Origin: the human T2T-CHM13v2.0 reference genome, Homo sapiens
DNA: 64,000 bases
Reading direction: 5' to 3' (one strand)
Assembly: GCF_009914755.1 (NCBI RefSeq)
Contig: NC_060934.1
The notes under the pieces are model-generated. The model did not search any database. It was not told where the DNA came from and saw only the letters and a program-made list of their open reading frames with translations. Numbering within the stretch: position 1 is the first letter of the stretch; the number at the start of each line of letters is the position of its first letter. Below, in pieces: positions 35,858 through 51,720 of the stretch. A program made the position numbers and the translations under genes.

Positions 35858-36281
35858 CTATAGACAAAAAGAGAAAAAAAAATTGATTTTTGCTTGTCAT
35901 TAATATCAGTACACTCTAGCGTTAGCCAGAGACAAAGAAAGGATGTGTACTCATTCCTGCTGCAGGAGTGCAAATCAATCCAACCCTTCTGGAGGCCAAT
36001 TTGGCATCTCTACTAAAAACATGTATGCCCACTGACCTGGAAACCACCTCTAAGAAGCTGTGCTACAGAAATACAAGTGTAACTGCACAAAATTACATAC
36101 TAAGATTTTTTACTTCAGCAATTTATACAAGAGTAAAATGCTATAAAGAACTTAATCATCCAGCTGGGCATGGCACTCACACCTGTAATCCCAGCACTTT
36201 GGGAGGCCGATGCTGGCAGATCACCTGAGGTCAGGGGTTCAAGACTAGCTTGGCCAACATGGCGAAACAATGTCTCTACTA

Positions 36282-36491
<210 letters not shown>

Positions 36492-36538
36492 TCATGCCTG
36501 TAATCCCAGCACTTTGGGAGGCCGAGGTGGGTGGATCA

Positions 36539-36787
<249 letters not shown>

Positions 36788-36929
36788 TTAATGGAGGATC
36801 TGTTAAATATATTTACAGTACAGCCATATAATGGGAATCAGTGAACAAAACAAGGGAGATCTATATGAAATGATGTGGAAGAATGTCCACATGGAAAAGT
36901 CACGTAGCAGAAGAATGTGCATATTATGA

Positions 36930-37130
<201 letters not shown>

Positions 37131-37577
37131 TAGTAGAGATGAGGTTTCTCCATGTTGGTCAGGCGGGTATCGAACTCCCAACCTCAGCCTCCCAAAGTGC
37201 TGGGATTACAGGTGTGAGCCACCACGCCCGGCCAAAACAAACTATTTAGGTAGGTGTGTATAAAACTGATAAAATAATCTGAAAATATACACATTACATT
37301 TTATAATGAGGGGAGGTGGAACAGCTACTTTTGACATTTCTCACTTGAATGGCATATTTCATTTTGTAACAAAAAAAATCCCCATCTTTTAAAGATAAAA
37401 ATGAAAACGTTAACTTCAAAGTTTTCACATGAAATTTCTAAAGGGGAGAAGAATCCTCATAAAATGCATATGTATTTATTCAAATATTACATACAGCTGA
37501 AATTGCCTTTTAAATACAAGTAACCTCAGTGAACAGATAAATACAAATTGCTCCACTTTGAATGGTGTTACACTTAC

Positions 37578-37668
37578 GATCTTCTCGAAAATATGTCTGC
37601 AACAATCCCAAGATTCTTTCTACTTCTTTCTCTGTTGCTTCTTGATGAGATTCTTCCATTCTTCTTAA
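37578..37668 (-). CDS. NSMCE4A: NSMCE4A exon 6 (LRRMEESHQEATEKEVERILGLLQTYFRED)
   Basis: 91 nt, CAG acceptor, GTAAGT donor. Confidence 0.95.
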
Positions 37669-38227
37669 CTGAAAAAAGTCATTATCAAGCTGACAGACCT
37701 ACTTACTGGCCTATTAACGTTTTCTTCTCTCTTGCACACCCAAACTCCTTTTCTTCTCTCTTGCACACCCGAACTCTTTTTTTTTTTTGAGACAGGGTCT
37801 TGCTTTGCCACCCAGGCTAGAGTGCAGTTGCATGATCTCGGCTCACTGTAACCTCAGACTCCTGTGCTCAAGGGATCCTACCACCTCAGCTTCTTGAGTA
37901 GCTGGCACTAGAAGCGTGCACCACTACACCTGGCTAATTTTTTTTTTTTTAATTCATTCTACCTTGTCTAAGACACCTGGCTAATTAAAAAAAATTTTTT
38001 TAGATATGGGGTCTTGCTGACCATCCTGGCTAACACGGTGAAACCCCATCTCTACTAAAAATACAAAAACTTAGCCAGGTGTGGTGACAGGCGCCTGTAC
38101 TCCCAGCTACTCAGGAGGCTGAGGCAGGAGAATGGCATGAACCCGGGAGGCGGAGCTTGCAGTGAGCCGACATCGCGCCTGTAATCCCTGCACTGTAGGA
38201 GGCTGAGGCAGGTGGATCACAAGGTCA

Positions 38228-38671
<444 letters not shown>

Positions 38672-39193
38672 TAGTAGAGACAGGGTTTCACCATGTTGGC
38701 CAGGCTGGTTTCTAACTCCTGACCTCAGGTGGATCTGCCCGCCTTGGCCTCCCAAAGTGCTGGGATTACAGGCGTAAGCCACCACACTCGGGCAACCTTT
38801 GTTTTTTTTGAGACGGACTCTCGCTCTGTCGCCCAGGCTGGAGTACAGTGGCATGATCTCGGCTCAGTGCAACCTCTGCCTCCTAGATTCCTAATTCTCC
38901 TGCCTCAGCCTCCCGAATAGCCCGGACTACAGGCACCTGCCACCATACCTAGCTAATTTCTGTATTTTTAGTAGAGACGGGGTTTCCCCGTATTGGCCGG
39001 GCTGGTCTCGAACTCCTGACCTTGTGATCTGCCCGCCTCGGCCTCCCAAAGTGCTGGGATTACAGGCGTAAGCCACTGTGCCTGGCCTCAGTAACATTTT
39101 CATATCAATTTCTTAATAGAATAGTAACATTACCAGATTAACCATTTTCAGGTTGAACATAAAATAGCAAAATACAAAAGGGCGGTTTAGAAA

Positions 39194-39415
39194 CAGTGGT
39201 TCTCGAGTGGGTGTGACTTTCTCCCCACCTCCCCAGGGAACATTTGTTGTCACATGTAGACATTTTTGGTTGTCACAACTCAGGGGTCGGGGGGGCTATT
39301 AGCATATAACAGGTAGAGGCTGGGGATGCCGCTAAGCATCCTACAATGCGCAGGACAGCTCCCCAAACCAACATTATCCAGCCGTAAATGTTGACAGTGC
39401 TGAGGTTGACCCTGG
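39194..39415. mobile_element. MER20 (hAT) DNA transposon
   Basis: CAGTGGTTCTC start; ttggttgtcacaact...ggtagaggc...gctaagcatcctacaatgc core. Confidence 0.75.
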
Positions 39416-39632
39416 CTTCGGAGAACTGATCAAAACTAGAGAAATGAGTTAAAACAAAGACAAGCAGCCAATCCAATAAAATGCTTAAAGGCTTAAATAA
39501 AATGATTATTTAAGTGACAAAACCTGGCTCCAGACCACACACTTAGAAAAAATGGCCAAATTGCATGCACATTATTTTAACAGCTATTTTAACTTTAAGG
39601 TGTTTTTTTAAAAGCAACATTTTAAAACAAAC

Positions 39633-39732
39633 CTGGGCAGGCATTGCCCTCTCCTCTTGTATCACAGGAACTTTTCTTGGACGATCAACTCGTGGCTTTG
39701 GCACAGGGCACTCTCCGTATATTGAACCCAAC
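39633..39732 (-). CDS. NSMCE4A: NSMCE4A exon 5 (LLGSIYGECPVPKPRVDRPRKVPVIQEERAMPAQ)
   Basis: 100 nt, AG/GT boundaries, frame continuous. Confidence 0.95.
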
Positions 39733-41565
39733 CTAATGAAAAGTATGCTTTCATTTATTTTTTTTGCCTGTTGTTTGTTAAACAAACTAACTTTACTAAC
39801 TAAAAGTAGTTTGCATGGTATAGTCAAATTCAGACCAGACATCAGTGATATACAAGCTGACATCAGAGTAAGACTCTTGATAAGGTTTGTGACAGCCTTT
39901 CTGCCTTCTTTGTATTTCTAAAAGAACTCCTAGGAGCTTTACTCAACCACAGATACCTCCTCAGACACCTACATACTGCCCTGTAAAGTAGGCCAGTGAA
40001 TATGCCTGTGACATCTTCCCACCACCCAACCTATTGTTTTGCAAAGCCAACTTCTAAGAGCAGGGGAAGGATGAACATGTATGTGGGGAAGCTCCAGTGG
40101 GGTCAGAAGACTTTGATCTGGGGAGGCCAAGGCAGAGGCTCCCAGCCCAGGACTACAGAACACATCTGTCTTAGGATAACAGGGCAAGTCACAGCCATGG
40201 GATTCCTTTTCCTTCTGGATTCTGCCCTCATGCAGACTTGGGTTACAGTAATAGATGTAAGTCTGCATCATGTAGAGATCAAAGCCCCAAGAATAAGGCT
40301 CATGTGGTCCCTACCCTTGAGGAGACAAAAATATACGATGTAGATGGACAGCTGCATTATGCACACAGATCCATTTCAATATAACATGGTGGGCTACTCT
40401 GGGAACACTCCTGCTCCACAAGGAGCAGTATAAAAAAATAAATTAATCAAATTTTAAAAAAGCAACATGGTAGATCCTGGGCGCTTAGAGAGTACTGCTC
40501 AAGTGCTATGAGAACACTTGGGCAGAGATATCTACCCAGACATGGGAGTGACGTGGTTGAGAAATCTGATCCTACACTGCTAACACCTCTGTCTGGAGAA
40601 GTTGCTGGAGGCTTCCAAGATGGGGCCTGTGGGATAAACAAACTTTACCGAATGGAAAAGATGAAAAGGAATTGGAGGCCAAGAGAACAGCAAGTACAAA
40701 GACACAGAGTTTTAAGTACTTCATTGTGGCTGGAAATTGGGCTGGATGATGAGATAAAGTTTAAGGCTTTATCTTTATAACCTAGGATTTATGAGTTTAG
40801 TACAATAGCAAAAAACAAAGATTTAGACTTTATCCTAAGATGAAGAAGTTTGGACTACATCCTATTAAATAGAACATACACAAATGGCTCTGGGCACCTG
40901 AGTTACCTGAAGTCTTATTAAAAATAGATGCCAGACCCCACACCACACTACTACATTGGCATCTCCAAGGCCTTCTACCCGAGCTACTATCAATCTCAAT
41001 GGTTTTTAGAAAGACAAATTAGAAAAGACAAAAGCCCAGGAGCTATACCACTTAAAGAAGGACTGAACAACTCAGATGGCTACCCTAAAGTATTTACTGG
41101 GCAACAAAACCAGTATACTTGAAGGTCCTCTTAGAGAAGAGCCAGTAAGAGCTGTTCTTAATTTCTCCATAGGACCATGCCAGGAAGTTAAGACAGAAGC
41201 CAACTTCATTCAAATATAAAGAAATCTTTTTTTTAAATCAGAGTTCTATCTAAAAAATGAACTGGACAGTTTATGTGGCAGTGACAAGTAATCTTCAAAT
41301 ACAAGTCAGTGGTCATCTAACAGGGTATTATAATAAATGTCACTTTAGACGTTGGGAGACTCATAAGATACCCTCAGTAGGAGGTATCATCCTCCTATAT
41401 GATAAGGATTTTAAAGATGATAAACCCAGAGTCTCATGAGCTAGAAGCAAAGGAGCCAGGAGAGCACTGGTAAAGAGGTTCTGGCCTTTTCTGCTAAAGC
41501 AGAATGAGAGATCCTTTAAGGTTCCATCCACATCTAGAGTTTATGGACTTTTTTTTCTTTTTTGA

Positions 41566-41757
<192 letters not shown>

Positions 41758-42001
41758 TGATCTTGAATTCCTGAGCTCAGATGATCTACCTGCATCCACC
41801 TGCCAAAGTGCCGGGATTACAGGCATGAGCCACCACACCCGGCCTAGTGTTTATGAACTTTCATATCAAAGTTTCAAAAGTCTCCAAACAACGGCATCAT
41901 GACTGTCACCTCTACAATACCAAATAATCTTTGTCCCTACAAGAAAAAGCAATTTAAGGTTCACAAATAACTGGTCTGTTGGATTTTTAAAATAATCTTA
42001 C

Positions 42002-42153
42002 AGAAAGTGGAATGTATGGGTTTTATTAAAGGTGTTTTCTGCTGTTCTGCCTGTTATCTTCCAGGAGTCATAGACTATGAATTCAAAATCAGGACTATCT
42101 TCATCACGGATGAGTTCTTCAGCTTCTAGCGGATTTACACCCATATGTGTGAG
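42002..42153 (-). CDS. NSMCE4A: NSMCE4A exon 4 (LTHMGVNPLEAEELIRDED...KTHTFHF)
   Basis: 152 nt, AG and GTAAGA boundaries, frame continuous. Confidence 0.95.
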
Positions 42154-42409
42154 CTACAAAAATGAAGGAAAACAAAAAACCCAGTTAAGCCACATGCAAT
42201 CATTTTCCACATCCAATAATCCGCATCACTCAACCTTTAAGAGGCCAGACGCAAAGCCAGCTTTCAGTGTCTTAACATGCTGGCTAAATTTCTTACTGTG
42301 AAGATAACTTTACAGTTAAAGTCCTGCTTCCAAAGCTACCTTCTTTTTGGCAGAAAACATTCCTCAATGTACTTAAAACCTTTGGGTGAGAAAGTGAAAT
42401 GATTTAGAC

Positions 42410-42625
42410 CAGTGGTTCTCAACCTGGGTATACTTGCCCACAGGGGTCTTCTGGCAATACCTGGAGACATTTGTGGGTGTCACAACTGATATGCTGCTGG
42501 CATATACTGGGTAGAGGCCATGGAGGCTGTTGAATATCATATAATGCACAGTAACAGCCCCCAAAACAAAGACATGCCCAGCTCAAAATGCCAATCCATA
42601 GTGCCAGTGCTGAGAAACCCTGCTG
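42410..42625. mobile_element. MER20 (hAT) DNA transposon
   Basis: CAGTGGTTCTCAAC...tgtcacaactg...gggtagaggcca...GAGAAACCCTG. Confidence 0.75.
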
Positions 42626-43428
42626 TAGCCCACTGGCAGCCAGAAGTATTTAGGTATGCCAGAACTCAGCCCCCTGGGATTTTTTGTATCACCAATAGTT
42701 CGTGTATTAGTAAAGCTGCACTAACATATAAATATAAAATTAAATCCCAAATCAAAAGCTTCAAGACAGCACAAGGAAGTTCAGCTGGTTTTCAGATTTT
42801 AATTTTTTGCCAACCTCCTACAAATCTCTATTCAGCTTGTATCTCAGTATATCCAGAGAGCAGTGGCCCGGCATCACTGAGAGAATGGCTCATCTTAAAA
42901 TTGCCTTCCTGGGAAGAGTTGGCGGAAGTCAAATAATTCTCTCATCTCAAACTGTCTTACAGAAAATGTGTTATATTGAATTTACTTTTATGAAAGTACA
43001 TTTTTATTACATTATACTGTAAAATGCCTAGAAGTTATCCAATTACGATGGCAATATCATATATAAACAATAATCACAAAACCCTCAGGGAGCTTAACCC
43101 TATTAAAGGCAATCAGACTTTAAAGAAAAGAAAGGCTACAAGAGCCTGGTCAGAGCGCTATGGCCAGCTCTTCTCCATTCCCTTGCCGCCCGAACTACCA
43201 CTGCACCCTTGTAGGCAGACGTGGCAGTTTTGGTCTGTTTAACTGACAGAGAAATCCACCAATCTTTCCTTATAGTGTCTATATTTGATGCTATACATAC
43301 GAAAGTCTTCTCCACCCAGAGACTGGACAACTATTAATTTAAGGTTTTATATTTAATGCTTTAAGACTTCCAGAATTTATTTTGATATGTTATTTAAAGT
43401 ACAGAGCTTGGCCGGGCACGGTGGCTCA

Positions 43429-43779
<351 letters not shown>

Positions 43780-44067
43780 TTACTTTATTGACCTCTATAT
43801 TACAGTGCACTTTCCTAAGTGCATTATGTTTCACAATAAAAAAAAGTTAAAAAAAAAAAAAAAAAGGAAAAGGTTTGAAAAACAAACTGGAAATAATCTG
43901 GTGCCTCATGCCTTTACAAAAAAATTATCTGATCAGATCTCATAGTACTAAATTATTTTAATAACCATTTAACATAAACATCCAGTTAGAAATGCAATAT
44001 TCATACTGAGGTGCAGCTATCTGTGCTAGGACAGAGGTTGGCTCAGATTGACAGATTGACTGATTGA

Positions 44068-44365
<298 letters not shown>

Positions 44366-44630
44366 TAGAATTTTTTAAAAAGACAACAAAGTGAGATACA
44401 AGGTCAGTCTCTGTGTGCTTTTTCTTTTTTGGTAAATTCATCAAGGAACAGTTTTAGAATTGCAGGTAACCACTATTCAAACTTGTCAAGAGACAAAGAA
44501 AGGTGAATAAAACATAAAACCAAAAAAGCAAAACCTGGCTGGGCTAGGTGGCTCACGGCTGTAATCCCAGCACTTTGGGAAGCCAAGGCGGGCAGATCAC
44601 GAGATCAGGAGATCCAGACCATCCTGGCTA

Positions 44631-44915
<285 letters not shown>

Positions 44916-45277
44916 TCAATTCCAGCTGAGCTCTGCCATCGCAGAGTGGGCTTTTGTCCAGCCCAGGACAAAGGTCTGAGGTCACTGAGAATGATCTAGA
45001 ACACCAGTGAACAGAGGAAAAATGGCCATTGGCAAATGACCATAGCACCCAGCATCTTAAGACAGAATGCTACGAGATTTTTACTCCAAGCCCCCACCCA
45101 AGATTCCACCACATGGTTCTACTTTCGTCTGTTTAAATTGGTAAGATCTCTACAGAGGAATCTGAGACCAAAAAAGAAGAATGAAGTGAAATCATCTGCA
45201 TATGGATATGAGCACAGTAAATAATTATAATATATAACAGAACATTTTTTATTCAGAGTCTGTAGCTTTGAACTTAC

Positions 45278-45408
45278 TAGAGTTTCAACATATCTTAACA
45301 TGTCAAAGGAGCTCAGGTCTGAGCGCAGCTGCTTTGCTTTCTCTTTGCCCAAATCTGAAGCCAAAACAAGAAAGTGGGCATCCAGGACTGCTTCTCTTGC
45401 TCGGGACA
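45278..45408 (-). CDS. NSMCE4A: NSMCE4A exon 3 ([28 protein letters not shown]...YVETL)
   Basis: 131 nt, donor GTAAGT, Nse4/EID-type motif EAVLDA. Confidence 0.95.
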
Positions 45409-45535
45409 CTATTCAAAAAAGAAAGAAAATATTCACATTACAAAATACACATTATCCATAGACTTTTTCCCTACATTTCCAACTACTTACCAGGATTTCC
45501 CACTGGACTAAAAAAAAAAAAAAAAATCTCAATAG

Positions 45536-45661
<126 letters not shown>

Positions 45662-45688
45662 TAACACGGTGAAACCCCAGCTCTACTA

Positions 45689-45979
<291 letters not shown>

Positions 45980-47368
45980 TTAAATAACTCCAGTTGAGCA
46001 AAACCCGTCATGTCTAATACTCACTTTTCCCTCCATCCTAATCACGATGATCATGTGTGCTGACGTAAGGAAAATCAAATTCCCACTACATGTAGGGCCC
46101 TGTGCTTGGCATGGTGGTTTGTGAACAGCAATAGGTAAGCTGCTAAGCAATAGGTAAGTTGCTAAAGTTGCTAACCAAAATCATGGCATGTGCTAGGCTG
46201 GCACTAGGAGGCTCATGCCTCTGTATGGCTTCACAGGCAACCCCAGCAAAGCCACCCAAATGAACAGTCTACAGGTAGCAGGTAGTGACCCGAGGACGGA
46301 TACTCAAAAAAGGCTTGACAGAGGACATGGGATTTAAGAAAAGCTATGGAAAAAAAAGATTTAAATTAATGCAGAAACAGGCTGGGCACAGCAGCTCATG
46401 CCTGTAATCCCTACACTTTGGGAAGCCAAGGCAGGCGGATCACTTTGAGCTCCAAAGTTTGAGACCAGCCTGGGCAACGTGGTGAAACCCCATCTCTACT
46501 AAAGAATCAAAAATTAGCTGGGCATGGTGGTGCACACCTGTAATCCCAGCTACTCGGGTGGCTGAAGCTGGAGAATAGCTTTAACCTGGGGGGGGCAGAG
46601 GTTGCAGTGAGCCAAGATCATGCCACTGCACTCCAGCCTGGGCGACAGGTGTAGGTGTTCCCAGACTATTTTTCATACTCTCTGTTGCCTGCAGGGTCTG
46701 ATTAAGCAACCCCCTCAGCCCCGCTGTTTCCTTTTGTTGATCCCTTCTTTATCTCCCATGAGTATCCTGTGCCTGCCTGCCCCACTCCCTTCCCCTTTCA
46801 TTTATTTATTTATTTTACAAACTGAGACCATCAAATCCATGAATGCCAGCATCTGTTGTTTGCTGAGCAACTCCTAGGGCTCCAATGAGTGAATAATTTT
46901 GCTCTAAAATATTGCTTTAAATACTGGAAATAGCTGAGGGGGGAATGATGTGGGGATAAAGAACTGACTAGATGCACAGTAAATATCAAGGGAGTAATTG
47001 AGTCAAGTCAAGCAAGACTAACAGTAAGGAGACTGGGAGTCCAGGCTGCGAAGGGAAGACAAAACTTAAGAGGGTAGTAGAGGGATTTAACCAGGTGAAG
47101 GAGAAACACCCGGTTCCTGAAGGTTTTGATGAGAGTTAGCAAATGCGGTAGACTAAGATGGGGAATGGTAAGGAGGCTGTGGTCAAAGAAATTGGAGAGC
47201 ATATATAAAGTGATAAAAGGAGACATTTAAAGAACTAGTCATCCTCAGCAATGACTAAAAATATACGTTCTAGTCCTTTAAGAATATGAGGAACCAGCCG
47301 GGGGCGGTGGCTCATGCCTGTAATCCCAGCACTGTGGGAGGCGGAGGCAGGTGGATTACCTGAGGTCA

Positions 47369-47620
<252 letters not shown>

Positions 47621-48344
47621 CTATGTTCCCACAGACCCGTCAGAGAGGGCTGGAGGGGACAGTGGTCTGGGTAGTAGTCCTGTGGCTCTATGACCAAGTA
47701 CCCACATCAGGGAGTACCCCTCTGTCACCAAGCAGACAGACAGCTGCTACCAATACCACTGCCTCTGCTTTCAATTCAAACTAAGGTTATTTTTTAAAGC
47801 ACCCATGGCCTAGAGTTCAGTGCTCTGGGATCTCTCTCACTCACTCACTCACACACAACACACCCCAGACTGGAGACCAGCAGGTACACTTGCAGGCTTT
47901 GCCACCTCCATTGTGTTACACGTGGACCAATAGCAGGGAGCTGAGGAAGGCAAAACAGAATGGGACAGGAAAAGAAACAGGATTTCAGAGGCTAGCTCAG
48001 TTCTGTAATTCATCCACTCAACCAATGTATACTAGGGATACGGCAGTAAACACAAGAAAAAGAAACAAGATAACACATGTAACGTTCTCAAACTTGAAGA
48101 GGCAACAGAATCAACTGGGGGCTTAACACAGACTGCGGAACCTACCCCCAAATTTTCATGTAAAGCCCTTATTATATGGTAAGTGCATAATAAAAATGGC
48201 ATTATTGCTATAATGAAACGGTTCCCGAACTGGGAAAGCACTATTACAAATGTGGGAATTGTTTTATGTCAATAATTTGGCGCTTATGTAACACTAATTA
48301 AAAGTATCATAAAACACGAAATAACATATAAAATAACAAATTAC

Positions 48345-48422
48345 CTTCATTAAACAGAGTGTTAGCCTCTTCAAGGACCTCTGTTAATTTGTCACCGGCA
48401 TTCAGTATGTCCTCACGGTTTT
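48345..48422 (-). CDS. NSMCE4A: NSMCE4A exon 2 (QNREDILNAGDKLTEVLEEANTLFNE)
   Basis: AG/GT bounded, 78 nt, phase 1-1, in frame with exons 1 and 3. Confidence 0.95.
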
Positions 48423-48769
48423 CTATTTTTAAAAATACAAACTTTGGGAAATTTGTTCAGCATTCACTAATAAGCAGTTGACAAGGTTATCACCTGCAAC
48501 AGTAAAGCCAAGCCCCGGCCCCTGCGCTCTGAGTAATTACTTCGAACATCTTTATCTTTTTAACCAAAATGACCCGGAAAAGGAGAAAGGCCACCCTACC
48601 CTTTATGCAGCATGAATTTTAAAAGGAAACCCTAGCTCCCTCTAACCTTAACCCAAAGGGCTGGACTCCGGCTGCAGCCTCTGAGTGCTCCATAACTGAG
48701 TGGTTCTCAAACTTTGCAAGCAATACACACCATCACCTGGAGGGCCACTCCACAGTTGCGCGGACCCAC

Positions 48770-49720
48770 CCAGAGATTCGAATTCCGCGGGTCCGGGTGG
48801 GGTCCGAGAACGTGCATTTGACAGCTCTCGCGTGCCGCTGCAGCTGCAGCTGCCGCTGCGAGGCCGGGAGCCCACGCCGAGGACTGCCGGGCGCAATCAA
48901 AGCACGCGGAGTCCGCGTCCTGCCTCTCCCCACTGGCTGGCTGGGCTCGGGCGAGTCCGCGAACGGCTCTGGCCTCCAGCTTTTCCAGCCCGCCACTCGG
49001 GGACCCGCGCCAAGGTCGTACGGCTCCAGCCACAAAGTGGGAGCACTTTGTCAACAATTTAAGGTGCGGCGAGGGGCTGGCACCCGGCGCGTCTCTACTA
49101 ACGCCGCGCCGGGCCTCCGCCCGGCACCTGCCTCCGGTGCCCTCCCCCCGCGCCCGGCGCAGGGCGGGGACAGCGGCCCGTCCGGGCCCGCGCCGCCCGG
49201 AGGCGCCGCCTTACGTTGGACGGAGTTGATGAGCGCCCGGTACTGATGGCGGATCTGGCGGCACAGGCCTTGGTCGGCCTCCGCCTCCAAGCTGGCCGGG
49301 TCCATCATCTCGTCCCCGGAATCCGACGGCTCTGTGTCCTCCAGGCTCGGGCGCTCTGGGGCCTCTCTGCGCTCCCGCGCAGAGCCGCGGCGGGACCTGG
49401 GCGACAAAGGGGACCGCGAGCGGGAGCGGGAGCGGGTGCGATCCCGATGCGGGTCGCGGCCCCGGCCCCGGCCCTCTGGCCCGCGGCCGCTGCTGTCCCC
49501 AGACATAGCGCCAATTCACCGTGCAACTTCGGAACGGCGGAAGTTCGCGCCAGAAACTGAAACCCCTGCTCTGCGCCAGCGCCTGCTCCCGGCGGAACGC
49601 GGCTCCCGGGCCCGCGCGAGCGCACAGCGACGCCTGTGGCTGGAGGCCGGCGACGGGCCCGGCCGGGTCTCCAAGGCGCCTGGGGGGACCGCTGGGTGCA
49701 CAAGAGGGGCCTGGCGGGGA
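48770..49720. promoter_or_regulatory. NSMCE4A CpG island promoter
   Basis: CpG-dense; ETS core CGGAAGT at 49538-49544 just upstream of the ATG. Confidence 0.85.
49215..49506 (-). CDS. NSMCE4A: NSMCE4A exon 1 CDS (MSGDSSGRG...RSRSRSRSP...YRALINSVQ)
   Basis: Recognised NSE4A N-terminus; 292 nt; donor C|GTAAGG; within a CpG island. Confidence 0.96.
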
Positions 49721-50134
49721 TCCTTTGTTCCCTTGACAAGAGGTGTAATGAGCTCTTACTCCACACTGCAGGGCTGTGAGAATCTTGGTTTTCTGCCCCT
49801 ACTTTCCCACCCTCCTGGACCTGCATCTTCCCTAGGTCCCTTTGCCTGCCCAGGACACAGCCGCAGCCTGGCACCCACATGGGCACGCAGTGCATGTGTG
49901 TTGAACGAGCTTCCTGCTGTGGAGCAGGATGAGCGCGGGATGTGGAGTCCAGACGCGGTCTGCTGCTCACCTGCGACCTCAGTTTCCCTGTGCCATCATG
50001 GCTGGGGTCGGGGGGGTGGGGAACAGGGGTGGGTGGATGAATCAAATATTTATGTGCAGCTGGCAATACCATTTTTTGTGAGGATAGCAGAACAAATTAA
50101 CAGGTAAACATCCTTCTAAATATCTACAACAGAA

Positions 50135-50586
50135 TGTCACCAGAGCACCAGGGTTTTGTTCTAGGACCCGCTGCCCCCTCACAGAAATCACTGAGAAAAC
50201 CATTATTACCAAGGAAGAAGGCTTTAGTAGGGTGCTGCACTCAGGGAGTTGGAAGCTCAGTCTCAAATCCATTGCCCTGACCAACTAAAATTAAGGGTTT
50301 ATACAGTTGCAGGGAAGCAATGTAACAATGTATGGGAAAAGAGGAACTCGGGAGGGGGAAGGAAGCTATGGGGATGCATGAGGGGCTTGGCATCTCATTG
50401 TCTGGAATGCGGTGATATGGCGAGTTTCAGTTTTTTGATACTTTTTGAGAGGCTCTGGAGGTCCTTTCCTGAGGAAGGAACTCAGATAAAACAAAGGTAA
50501 GTTTCAACCTTAAGACTAGAAATGATAATTTCTAAGTTTATTAAAAAAATAGTAAACAGTCTATGGGATTGTTGGGTTGATTTTAA
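50135..50586 (-). mobile_element. ERV1 LTR, MER31-like
   Basis: Resembles MER31 (aatcactgaga...aaggaagaaggcttta...tcagtctcaaatcc); subfamily from recall. Confidence 0.6.
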
Positions 50587-51177
50587 TGACAGTCTATGTT
50601 CACATTTGATTTTTTTTTTTTTTTTAAGACCTTGCTCTGCCGAGGCTGGAGTACAGTGGCACTATCTTGGCTCACTGCAACCCCATCTCCTGACCTCAAG
50701 TGATCCGCCCACCTCGGCCTCCCTAAGTACTGGGATTACAAGCATGGGCCACCAGGCACAGCCTGATTCTGATTCTCAAACTAGAAGATTCTAAGAATAC
50801 CTCCTGAAGGGCCCAAGAAAGATGGAATTATGTTAAGTATACTTTGAAAGATAAATGTATGAATTTCACTCCGTGCATTTTGGATTGTATTCGAGTATTG
50901 TTTCCCAAAAGTTGTCTTTGGTGCTAAGAACACATTTTCTCAAAAGACCAATATTATAAGTTGGGTTATTACACAACCTACAAATATTCCATTTTGTGCA
51001 TCATGTCTACTAAACTTAAGTTAGGCACTGTTCATTGCTGTCCAACAGCTACTACCTCACCCATCCCTGCTTATCTGTATTTCCTGAAGGGGACGTGTGT
51101 GCCTACTTCCTTAGATGAAACGTGATCACTCTAACCAGGTCACGGTAATGTCATTCCCCTTCCCCAGTGACTGGTCA

Positions 51178-51648
<471 letters not shown>

Positions 51649-51720
51649 TCATTGTTTCATAGTTGTTGCTTGTAGCTCAGTGTTCTGTAATGGAATACTT
51701 AGCGTTCTTCCAGGTGAAAG

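Noticed and set aside
39996-40343. 115-aa plus-strand ORF and a 10-bp inverted repeat (40230-40239 / 40259-40268) in NSMCE4A intron 4
   Set aside because: No recognisable homology; the stem is too short for a pre-miRNA and there are no snoRNA boxes.
48648-50107. ORFs of up to 257 aa around the NSMCE4A promoter
   Set aside because: GC-rich artefacts, mostly with non-ATG starts; no recognisable domain beyond NSMCE4A exon 1.
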